Part shown: positions 9,862 to 17,885 of the stretch, one piece after another
Layout: the number at the start of each line of letters is the position of its first letter
How positions within the stretch are numbered: the stretch's first letter is position 1
From: a virus
Lineage: Duplodnaviria > Caudoviricetes
IMG/VR virus record: IMGVR_UViG_3300014160_000348
Location: 1 to 36,955 of that record
Length of the DNA stretch: 36,955 nt
Direction: 5' to 3' (one strand)
Translations under genes and position numbers: made by a program
The notes under the pieces: generated by a model
The model's input: only the letters and a program-made list of their open reading frames with translations
Told to the model about the DNA's origin: nothing
Database searches by the model: none

Positions 9862-10877
9862 GGTTCAGCCCCCATGTCCATCGTCCCGCCCACATTCACC
9901 ATTGTCGCCCCAGGGACGCTGGTTGTGCTCCCTGAGTTGCCATTCATAAAGCTCGTCCCTGAGGCCGCGCCAAACGGTTGCCAGCCCATTGCGCCCGCAA
10001 CGCCGGCCATTCCGGTCAAGCTGGAAAGCCCAGTGGTCCAAGGATTTGCCTGGGACTTTGCCCAGTTCACCTGGCCGCTGTAGATGTTGGCCGCGTTCTG
10101 CTCACCCATCAGCGGCGCGCCAGTGTTTACCGTCGGGCTCGTAACCTGCCCCGGGTTAAATGGCGCTGCGCCATTCTGCGCCCCGCTCAGGCTGGCAAAC
10201 TCCGCCTCGGGGGATTGCCCATTGATGACATTGCCAAGGTTGGAAAGGCTCTGCTGCACTCGCCGATAGGTCACATCCTCGGGCGAGACGCCACTTTGCA
10301 GGAAGCTCATGGCTTGGTTCTGCCGCTGCTTCTGCATCTGGTCGCCGGCGTTGACCAATGCGGACGCCTCCTGGCTAGCTGGAGCATTCCCCAAAAAGAT
10401 CCCGTTGGCCAACTGCTGCCCACGCACGCCCTGCTGTACGGCTTCGGTCTCGCTTCCCGGGCCGGTAGTAAGGTTGCTGCCCTGGCTGAGCAGGTTGGTG
10501 ATCTGCTGCTGCGTGTCCGCCGCCATTGGCCGGTTTGGCGCGGCCTGAGCGTCGGACAGCACCTTGCTGAACAACTGCTGGCGCGCGGCATAACCAGCGG
10601 GGTCGGACTGCTGCAAGTCCGCGAGGCGCTGTTGGATATAGGCCGGGTCGGTGCTCTTCTGGAGGTCCAGAAGCGTTTGGGCCATCTGGTCGGAGATCTT
10701 ACCATTGGCATCGGCGTTGCCCAGGCCGGTGAAGTTGTAAGTCTTTCCACCGATCGTCGCGTTGCCGCCCATCTGGGCAAGGGCATTGATCTGGCTCTCA
10801 AACGGAAAGTTGGAGAGGTCGGCCTTTGCGCCAGCCAGGGAAGCCTGGTTTGGATCAGGAATGTTTGGTCCGCCCAT
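9858..10877 (-). CDS. Putative ejection protein
   Basis: MGGPNIPDP start, Q/N/A-rich, Gly-rich hydrophobic C-terminal segment. Paralog of 8165-9403. Confidence 0.65.
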   Translation of the reverse strand: MGGPNIPDPNQASLAGAKADLSNFPFESQINALAQMGGNATIGGKTYNFTGLGNADANGKISDQMAQTLLDLQKSTDPAYIQQRLADLQQSDPAGYAARQQLFSKVLSDAQAAPNRPMAADTQQQITNLLSQGSNLTTGPGSETEAVQQGVRGQQLANGIFLGNAPASQEASALVNAGDQMQKQRQNQAMSFLQSGVSPEDVTYRRVQQSLSNLGNVINGQSPEAEFASLSGAQNGAAPFNPGQVTSPTVNTGAPLMGEQNAANIYSGQVNWAKSQANPWTTGLSSLTGMAGVAGAMGWQPFGAASGTSFMNGNSGSTTSVPGATMVNVGGTMDMGAEP

Positions 10878-11331
10878 AGGTAAAGCGCTGTAGAGTTGGC
10901 CAGCTTATCTCGGTCAGCCTCGGTGCCCCGTCCCGAACACGGTAGGTGAACAGTTTTTTCCGAGGCGATTCCGGCCAGTGCGCCATTACCTGCTCGACTA
11001 TCGAGGAAATGAAATGCCGCTTTCCAACAACTTCCGCAATGAAAATCGCATCACCGCCGGCGAGCGGCTTGCCCCAGAAAAACACCGGCTCTCTGCGCTC
11101 GGCGTGTCCCCGCAAATCCGCTTCGTCCGCCCACCGCACAAACGCCACTGCCTGGGGCTCTCCCTTTCTGCCAAACACCCCAAAGACGCAATCCGCCAAC
11201 AAATGCCAGGCCACATATCGGAACACCTTGGCAGCCGTCCAGCCGGGGAAACACCGCTGCCCGCGGCGCAGTAGGCAAAACGCGGCCACCTGGGCTACCA
11301 GCTTGGCGGTCTCCTTATTGATCGCAATCAT
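10855..11331 (-). CDS. Acyltransferase-like protein (GNAT/HlyC-TAAT-like fold)
   Basis: Pattern W...GEPQAVAFVRW...GDAIFIAEVVG...WP...R resembles toxin-activating acyltransferases. Lies between nozzle and ejection genes, like T7 gp13. Confidence 0.45.
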   Translation of the reverse strand: MIAINKETAKLVAQVAAFCLLRRGQRCFPGWTAAKVFRYVAWHLLADCVFGVFGRKGEPQAVAFVRWADEADLRGHAERREPVFFWGKPLAGGDAIFIAEVVGKRHFISSIVEQVMAHWPESPRKKLFTYRVRDGAPRLTEISWPTLQRFTYGRTKHS

Positions 11332-11879
11332 CTGAACCTCCGAACAAAGCGCGCCATGCCTACCTCAAGCGGCGACATCCCATAGCCCCTCGCTTCCGCC
11401 AGGGCTCTAGCCCCGCTCCACCCCTGCGCGCGAACCCTGTAACACGCGACAATCGTCCCCGTCCGGTCGCACCCAAACTGGCAGTGAACAAACACCGGCC
11501 CGGGTGACCGCTGGATCTCCCGCAGAATCTCGTCCACCTGGTCGCCCGTCGGCGCGCCAAACCCCGCGAGCGGCGCAGCCACGTACTCGATCCCCGCCTC
11601 CCGGGCCCAGTCGGCCTCAGCCGGCAGCGCGTCGGCCCTCAAATTAATAACCTTGACCACCCCGAGCGCCGCCAGCGCCTGGTACCCGACCTGATTCGGC
11701 TGCGCCCCCCGGTAAACCCGCGCGGTCACCCGGTCAAAATTAGCAATCCCGAACACCGGCGGAAACCCACGGCGCGTGGCACACCCGCACAGCACAACCC
11801 CGAGCGCGAGACAAAGCGCGACGCCCAGCCTCGCGATTCCGGACAACTCATGGCACTCCCGCGCATTCATGTCACTCAT
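11328..11879 (-). CDS. Cys-dependent (PTP/DSP family) phosphatase, probable lipoprotein
   Basis: NFDRV..VYRGAQP, VINLR and active-site HCQFGCDRTG (Cx5R). Hydrophobic LGVALCLALGVVLCG-C lipobox-like segment. Start moved to ATG 11879 (or 11870) to remove the overlap with the upstream gene. Confidence 0.85.
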   Translation of the reverse strand: MSDMNARECHELSGIARLGVALCLALGVVLCGCATRRGFPPVFGIANFDRVTARVYRGAQPNQVGYQALAALGVVKVINLRADALPAEADWAREAGIEYVAAPLAGFGAPTGDQVDEILREIQRSPGPVFVHCQFGCDRTGTIVACYRVRAQGWSGARALAEARGYGMSPLEVGMARFVRRFR

Positions 11880-11890
11880 GGGCACTGTCC

Positions 11891-13525
11891 TTACCCGTCC
11901 AAAGCATTCACAAACGCCGTGACCGTCACATTCCGGAGCTTGATCCACCCCGACGTCGTGGCGATCTGCAGGTAGAGCTCCTGGAACTTCGGCAGCGACC
12001 GCAAGCTGTTCTGCACCTTCACAGGCTTCACGCTGGCCAGTTGGAACGGCAGCCGGCCCACGCCGAGCTTGTCCCCAGACACAGAAAAAGCAGCGTTAAA
12101 GGATGCGGTCTGTGCCAAGTCCATGACCGCTGTGACTGTTGCCGCCGCGTTGCCGGCCGTAAAGCGCAGGGTGCAGTTGTAGGCTGTCTTGGTGTTGGCG
12201 GGCTGGCCGAACTGAAACGACCGCGTCCAAATCGTGCTGGGAATATTCTGGCCGTTGTCCAGGTAGGTTGCTGGGTTGCTGGTGTCTGCGGCATCCTTCC
12301 AGATGTTCACGTAGCCGATCGAGTCCCCAAAGGCCAACTGCACCACACCCCCAAACCTTGGCGAGGCGAACCTCGTCGGCGTCCAGCCCGTCCAGCACCC
12401 GAGCCACTTGGCGAGGCGCGTGTTATAGACCAGCACAGCGTTATTGACCGTGCTGGAGTCCAGGGGGACCGCGAACAGGACAAACTCCTTGTAAGTGGTT
12501 GCCGCGATGCTCTGCCAGTAAGCAGGGTTAATCCGGTTGATATACTGCTGCACCGGCTGGCTGATGGGCGACGTCAACTGCCACTGTCCGACGGCGGATT
12601 GCATCCGTTGGATCGTCCGGACGCCGTCTTGGGCCATAAAAAATACGTCGTTTTGGAAGCCCGTCGCTGCCCATTTGCCAACACAGCCGACGGAAAACCC
12701 CACCGAGTCAACCACGGTCGATGCTGAAAAGTTTGTCGGCTCCGCCGTCGGGTCCGCGTTGACGAGCCACACCGAGTTTGCCTTGAACACAGCCAGCATT
12801 GATCCTTGCATTGGGCAAATGGCTGTCACAGGATCCCCATCACCCGCTCCCACTCGGAAACTACGAGTGGTCCCATTCCACTGCCCGCTCCCAAAAGCCA
12901 GCCGATTGCTCACCCAAACCGCGTCTCGCTCCTTGCCGGCCACAGAACCCGCAAAGCCCGCCGCGAACATGCGCCCAGTGGCAAAACGCAGTATCTTTGC
13001 GCCGACAGGCGGATCAACGTTCGGATCGTTGGAGCAAGCCGTGAGCGTGAGGTTTTGGTCCAGGATGGACATGGCATTCTCGCCGTCCGAAAGCAGCAGC
13101 GAGTCAATGCCTTGCTCCATCTCAAGCGCGTTTCCTGGCGTGTTGGTGGTAAACCCGGTAGCGGTCCAGGGCTGCCCCGGCCCCTGGCAGGACTTCAACG
13201 CGCCGTTAATGGCTGCCAGCAGAAACTTGTTGGCCGGCGTGTCGAAGTAGGTCAGGGAGTTAATGGCGCCCGTTCCGAGCGGTGTCGCGCCCGTAGCCGC
13301 CGCCATCGGGTCAGCGCCAGGCCGGGTCCATGCCTCGTAGTTGTCCCTTACGATGATGTTGACCAACTTTTGGCACTGGTCCGGATCCAACAGCGTTGAT
13401 CGGCGGTAATCGTCCTCGCCGCCGGCAAAACTCTCCATGCGCTCGAACTGTATATCGTCGTCGAGGCCGTCTATCCCGTAGAACGGCCTCCCGTAAAGTT
13501 CAAGCGCTGATGAGTCTATGGCCAT
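11891..13525 (-). CDS. Tail nozzle/DNA stabilisation protein (tail tubular B/P22 gp10-like)
   Basis: Beta-propeller-like repeats (GDGDPVTAI, AVFKANSVWLV, GCVG, DVFFMAQDGVR, VLVYN..W). Follows the adaptor gene. Confidence 0.8.
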   Translation of the reverse strand: MAIDSSALELYGRPFYGIDGLDDDIQFERMESFAGGEDDYRRSTLLDPDQCQKLVNIIVRDNYEAWTRPGADPMAAATGATPLGTGAINSLTYFDTPANKFLLAAINGALKSCQGPGQPWTATGFTTNTPGNALEMEQGIDSLLLSDGENAMSILDQNLTLTACSNDPNVDPPVGAKILRFATGRMFAAGFAGSVAGKERDAVWVSNRLAFGSGQWNGTTRSFRVGAGDGDPVTAICPMQGSMLAVFKANSVWLVNADPTAEPTNFSASTVVDSVGFSVGCVGKWAATGFQNDVFFMAQDGVRTIQRMQSAVGQWQLTSPISQPVQQYINRINPAYWQSIAATTYKEFVLFAVPLDSSTVNNAVLVYNTRLAKWLGCWTGWTPTRFASPRFGGVVQLAFGDSIGYVNIWKDAADTSNPATYLDNGQNIPSTIWTRSFQFGQPANTKTAYNCTLRFTAGNAAATVTAVMDLAQTASFNAAFSVSGDKLGVGRLPFQLASVKPVKVQNSLRSLPKFQELYLQIATTSGWIKLRNVTVTAFVNALDG

Positions 13526-13527
13526 GG

Positions 13528-15006
13528 TTACAGGTGCGGCGCGTAGATATCCCAGTTAGGCTCGCCAAAGCCGCTATCCGGCTCGATATGGTTGCGGCTG
13601 GACTGGTGAAACGCCTCCAAGGCAGTCAACTGGGCGAGCAACGCAGCCCCTTCCTGCATGGCCTGCTGTGCCTTTCCGTGCTGCCGTGAGCGCATCAGCA
13701 TGTCGGCTCGCGCGAATGCCATCAGACACGGCTCCGAGTTGTTGATGGGGGAGGCGTCAAAGTCGCCAAGGATGGGGCAGGCAATCTTGCCCAAAACCCG
13801 AAGATTTACCGATGTGTTTGGAAGCGACGTAAGCCGTATCCGCTGATGCTGCGCCAGTTGGCCGGCAGCCGGCGGCATGATGATCGGGGAAAGCACTATC
13901 TGCCAGTACGCCGTGTCGGGTGGTGAGTCATAGTACTGGAACACCGTCACAGTGGGCGATGGCGTCTCGCCCGAGACAGCGTCCCAGATCTGGTTTTCCA
14001 GCCCCGTTGGAGATAGCGCCGGTATTCCCTGGCTGGTGCTTGGATCAGTCATGTAATCTGGGGCGCCACTGGGGTCGACGAGTTGCCACATAGGAGGGCT
14101 GCTGTGTCCGGGCAGATTGAGTCCCGGTGCATAGCTAAACCTCCAGCCACTTGCCGCCTTAAAAGTGCCGTCGGACTGGGGCATATAGATGCCATCCGCA
14201 GCGCCGGTCCCGGTCACGTTTACCGCCGTAATCGTCTTTACAAGCTGGTAAAACGCGCCGTCTCCAGGGTTCTGCACCACGCTCCCTACCGCCAGACCGG
14301 TGTCGTTGACTCCCGCCGCGTACTCTGGAGCAGTCGGAGAGGACGAATAGGAGAAGTTGACCTGCCCCGCGGTTGCCGGCTTGGAGACTGTGTAAACCAG
14401 CATCGCCGGACCGACGAGTGTGCCAGGTGACACCGTGGATGGGTTTGGCGTGACCGTATTGATGGTCACTCCATCCACTGAAAACCGCACTGAGAGTGCG
14501 GCGGTGCTGTCCCCGGCAAGGAAGGCCATCGCGTAAAAGTTTGCCAGCTCGGGTAGTTCCATCACCGCTGGCCGCAACACCTGGAACTCTGTCGGGTCGC
14601 CCTGCATGTCGAGATGGTCTATCACATCCCGGTAATAACTCTCCAGGCTGGCGACACTTATCTGGTGTTTGTCGGTCCTGACCGCCAGCACGGTGTTGAT
14701 AACCGTCGGCAGCAAGAGTGACCCGCGCGCGGGAATCCAATAGGTATCGCCCAGGTTGCAAGTCCCGTCCGTGTTGATCGTGAAAGTGGCTTCGACCAAC
14801 GAGGCGCGCCACAACTGGCTATTCCAGATCATCTCCAGCCGTCGTTGGAGGAACATTTTTGCGGCCGTCACGTCGTCCGTGTCGGACATGCCGGTCTGTT
14901 CACAGATGTGGTTGGCAAGGTCGGTGAGTGTCATTGGGCTAGTGGGTTGTGCGGCCTTAGCGCTGGACAAGGACAGGAGCGCGGCCAGGATGATTGTTCG
15001 AAGCAT
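13528..15006 (-). CDS. Head-tail adaptor (tail tubular A-like) with N-terminal signal-like peptide and inserted domains
   Basis: MTLTDLANHI helix at residue 25, IWNSQLW, and C-terminal helices (CLMAFARADML...). Preceded by MLRTIILAALLSLSSAKA. Confidence 0.65.
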   Translation of the reverse strand: MLRTIILAALLSLSSAKAAQPTSPMTLTDLANHICEQTGMSDTDDVTAAKMFLQRRLEMIWNSQLWRASLVEATFTINTDGTCNLGDTYWIPARGSLLLPTVINTVLAVRTDKHQISVASLESYYRDVIDHLDMQGDPTEFQVLRPAVMELPELANFYAMAFLAGDSTAALSVRFSVDGVTINTVTPNPSTVSPGTLVGPAMLVYTVSKPATAGQVNFSYSSSPTAPEYAAGVNDTGLAVGSVVQNPGDGAFYQLVKTITAVNVTGTGAADGIYMPQSDGTFKAASGWRFSYAPGLNLPGHSSPPMWQLVDPSGAPDYMTDPSTSQGIPALSPTGLENQIWDAVSGETPSPTVTVFQYYDSPPDTAYWQIVLSPIIMPPAAGQLAQHQRIRLTSLPNTSVNLRVLGKIACPILGDFDASPINNSEPCLMAFARADMLMRSRQHGKAQQAMQEGAALLAQLTALEAFHQSSRNHIEPDSGFGEPNWDIYAPHL

Positions 15007-15009
15007 AGG

Positions 15010-16665
15010 TTATTGTGGCGAGACAAGGACATGAATCAAGGGTACTTGGCGTGCCGTTCCACCGCCGTCGTTGACGGCGATGCGGAAACGGTTCGTGGTC
15101 ACGATATTGTCAAAGGCGAGGTTTACGACCGGCGGAGCCCCGCCGCTGGTGAACTCAATCGCGCTGGACGACACGTAATAGAAGGGTGTAGGGGATGGTG
15201 TGCGGAAATACACATCGTAACACCCAGTCCGGATCGTCGTGTTCGTCACCAACTGGATCACATCCGCGTTCAGGCTTGTGAGCGTGCTCATCCAATACAT
15301 CACTGGCGGATGCGTGCTCGAAGGCGTCCCCAACGAAACCGCGTTGCTCTGCCCCAGGGCCGTGGTGTAGTTGGTGTAGATCCTCCAAGAGTTCATGTCC
15401 CCTCCCGCCGACCGCGCATAATAGAGCACGTTGCTGCCGATCTGTGGGCTGGACGGAAGCTGCGTCGTGTTCCCGTAAGCAAAGAGGAACGACACCGGGA
15501 ACGGATTTGTGAAGCCGTAGCCCGTATTGGTGATCGAGTTCGCCGCCAGATTCACGCTGGCTACCGTAAATAAGTTCGGAACTCCCGAGAACTGCACCCG
15601 CGCCTGGCTGTAGAGCGGTAGCGCGTTGCGGTTTGTCATATACGCGTATAGCGCCGCCAAGTTCATGGTGGTGTTGGTGCCTTGCGCCGATGCCCACACA
15701 GGCACCGTGTCCCCGTCGCTGAGCGTCGGAGCCGCGTTGGTCGGATTCGCCGCGTTGGTAAGTGTCAAGCTCACAATCGGGAAATTCGAGTAATACCCCC
15801 AGGCGTTGGTCCACGTGTTGGTGTTGTAGAGCGTCCAGGGCAGGAACTCCTGTGCAAACTCGAACGCCAGCAAGAGGTTTGTTCCCAGGTCCGCCGCGAT
15901 AGCCGACTCCAGGTTTGTCAGCGGCACTTGCCACGGCACGCCGTTAGTATCCCAAAACAGCGTCATCGGCTGGTTATTGGTCTGAGGTCCTGAAAACTGC
16001 CCAACCCACTTGCCCAGAACATATTGATTCGTGCCGCCGGCGTTGTTGGTCGAAGCAAACGTGAGGCACTGAACAGGCACATTAGAAGCCAGGGCATAGA
16101 CCAGGTTGGAGCCCTGCACCCTTCCCAGCACTCCGTTGGTCGGGTCAAAAAACAGAAAAGACCCGTACTGTGGGAGCGTCCGGTAAGGCACGTTGAGGTA
16201 GATGTTGGTGTTGCCGTAAATGGCTGTCTGGCAATCGATGCGGCGAAACATGGTCTGCGTCCCCGTCGGGTCGAGCACAAGGAAGTAATAGCCCGGGTTG
16301 AGGGATGGCACGGCCTGCTGGTCGAGGTAGAAGCCAACACCGATCGTTGCCGTATCGATCAGGTTGTGCAGGTCCGAGGCGTAGATCTGCTGCCCGTCGA
16401 GAAGGGTCGTGTTGCGGATGACTTCGCCAGCGCCGGCGCTGATTGCCAGCAGGCAGGTCAGGAGGGCCACTGCCGTAGCTGGCCAAATCTTCTTGAGCCG
16501 GCTTGCCTTCATGTCCAACTTGCGCTCAAGCTGGCTGGTTCCCATTTGCTGCTCCATCTCCCGAAGCGCGCGCGGCACCGCCCGATCCGCGTCTGTTGGA
16601 TCACCCGCGTTGGTGTTGACCCCCGGCGCCCTGCCGGCCTCCAAAATCTCAGCGATCTTGCTCAT
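15010..16665 (-). CDS. Tail fibre-like protein with signal peptide; probable start at ATG 16512
   Basis: MKASRLKK + hydrophobic core + AGA, then DGQQIYASDLHNLIDTATI (fibre attachment-like). C-terminal ARVQFSG...TGCYDVYF fibre-tip-like module. Confidence 0.65.
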   Translation of the reverse strand: MSKIAEILEAGRAPGVNTNAGDPTDADRAVPRALREMEQQMGTSQLERKLDMKASRLKKIWPATAVALLTCLLAISAGAGEVIRNTTLLDGQQIYASDLHNLIDTATIGVGFYLDQQAVPSLNPGYYFLVLDPTGTQTMFRRIDCQTAIYGNTNIYLNVPYRTLPQYGSFLFFDPTNGVLGRVQGSNLVYALASNVPVQCLTFASTNNAGGTNQYVLGKWVGQFSGPQTNNQPMTLFWDTNGVPWQVPLTNLESAIAADLGTNLLLAFEFAQEFLPWTLYNTNTWTNAWGYYSNFPIVSLTLTNAANPTNAAPTLSDGDTVPVWASAQGTNTTMNLAALYAYMTNRNALPLYSQARVQFSGVPNLFTVASVNLAANSITNTGYGFTNPFPVSFLFAYGNTTQLPSSPQIGSNVLYYARSAGGDMNSWRIYTNYTTALGQSNAVSLGTPSSTHPPVMYWMSTLTSLNADVIQLVTNTTIRTGCYDVYFRTPSPTPFYYVSSSAIEFTSGGAPPVVNLAFDNIVTTNRFRIAVNDGGGTARQVPLIHVLVSPQ

Positions 16666-16707
16666 GCGTTCTTCAGATGTTCAGTGCTCAATGAACAACG
16701 GCCCCAT

Positions 16708-17556
16708 TCAAAACCCCGCGCGTAAACCCAGGAACAAAGAGTCCCTCCACCCCGAGTAAGCCCCGAGATTGGACCACTCCGTCCTTGCATACCCCGTGCT
16801 CAGCTTGAGAGTCGTACCCCCCACGTCGAACTGGCACAAGTCCAGATTGAACCCCGCGCCATAGATCGCCCCGATACTCCCATTCGCGCTTCCCGCCGAC
16901 GAAATAGGCGAGCACGCCCCCGCAATCCCAAATGGTGTGACAGTAAAGTTCGACGCAAAGGCGCTGGTCATCCCCAAATACGTAAGTGGCCGCAAGGACT
17001 GCTTAATGGTGACATTCCCGTTCACCATATTGAATGACCCGAGGTAATCCACCCCCATCCCAATGCCGACGTTCTGAGACACGTCAAAAACAAACAGCGC
17101 GCCGCCGCCAAACTGGCGCCCCTTGGGCGCATTCTCCGCGTAGGTTGCATACGGAGAGACGCTGTAATTAGAAGCCGTCTTGAGCCCGTTCCAAATGGCT
17201 TTGCCGACCAATCCCCAAGACAGTGGCGCATTGGTCGCTGGGGCCAACGCGGCTCCGCTGTTAGTTGCGCTGCCCGGACTCGCTGCGCTATTTGTTTGCG
17301 CAGAGGCGCTCGCCCCCAGAGCCAGCAGTAAGAGGATTACAGGCACCGTGCCTGTCTTGAGCTTTTGAAAGTCCGCCGCGATGGCTTCGCGCTTCTCCCA
17401 AAGTGAATGACCAATGGCTACCAGGACGCCTATCGCGCCGATGGCTTGTGAGAGTTGAGAGCCCGAGAGAATGCCTTGCGTGACGAGCCAGGCGCCAGCC
17501 GCGTTGACTGCGTGGCGGATGATGACTTTGGCGAGTTGAGTTTTTAACCAGTTCAT
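16708..17556 (-). CDS. Holin-like domain fused to a signal peptide and an outer-membrane beta-barrel
   Basis: IIRHAVNAAGAWLVTQG...IGAIGVLVAIGHSLWEK (2 TM), then VILLLLALGASASA|Q, about 8 amphipathic strands and terminal LFLGLRAGF. Start at ATG 17556 or 17595. Confidence 0.65.
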   Translation of the reverse strand: MNWLKTQLAKVIIRHAVNAAGAWLVTQGILSGSQLSQAIGAIGVLVAIGHSLWEKREAIAADFQKLKTGTVPVILLLLALGASASAQTNSAASPGSATNSGAALAPATNAPLSWGLVGKAIWNGLKTASNYSVSPYATYAENAPKGRQFGGGALFVFDVSQNVGIGMGVDYLGSFNMVNGNVTIKQSLRPLTYLGMTSAFASNFTVTPFGIAGACSPISSAGSANGSIGAIYGAGFNLDLCQFDVGGTTLKLSTGYARTEWSNLGAYSGWRDSLFLGLRAGF

Positions 17557-17594
17557 GTGTTTTGTGCGTTGTTGTTGAGACGGTCGATCAGACA

Positions 17595-17885
17595 TCAGTG
17601 TTTGTTGAAGGCCCCGGAGAAGAACGCAGCCGCGGTGCTGACAAGGAACGAGACTATACCCGCCAACAGCACGATCGCGGCCTTGCCTCCTTTGGCGCGT
17701 TCCCGAGCATCCTCCAGGCTGCGGACGCGCGCTTCCGTCGAGGATCGATACTCCGCCCAGGAACGCTCAGCCTTCTCCTGGTTTCCCTCAATGGTCTTTA
17801 GCTGCTCCTCAATCCTGGCAAGCCTGCTCAGGCAGTCGGGGAAGGCCGGGCCGCATTCGTTGGTTGGTCGGTGCTCGTTGTTCAT
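17595..17885 (-). CDS. Small coiled-coil protein with C-terminal TM helix (holin/XhlA-like)
   Basis: RLARIEEQLKTIE...RVRSLE coiled coil followed by AIVLLAGIVSFLVSTAAAFF. Confidence 0.55.
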   Translation of the reverse strand: MNNEHRPTNECGPAFPDCLSRLARIEEQLKTIEGNQEKAERSWAEYRSSTEARVRSLEDARERAKGGKAAIVLLAGIVSFLVSTAAAFFSGAFNKH

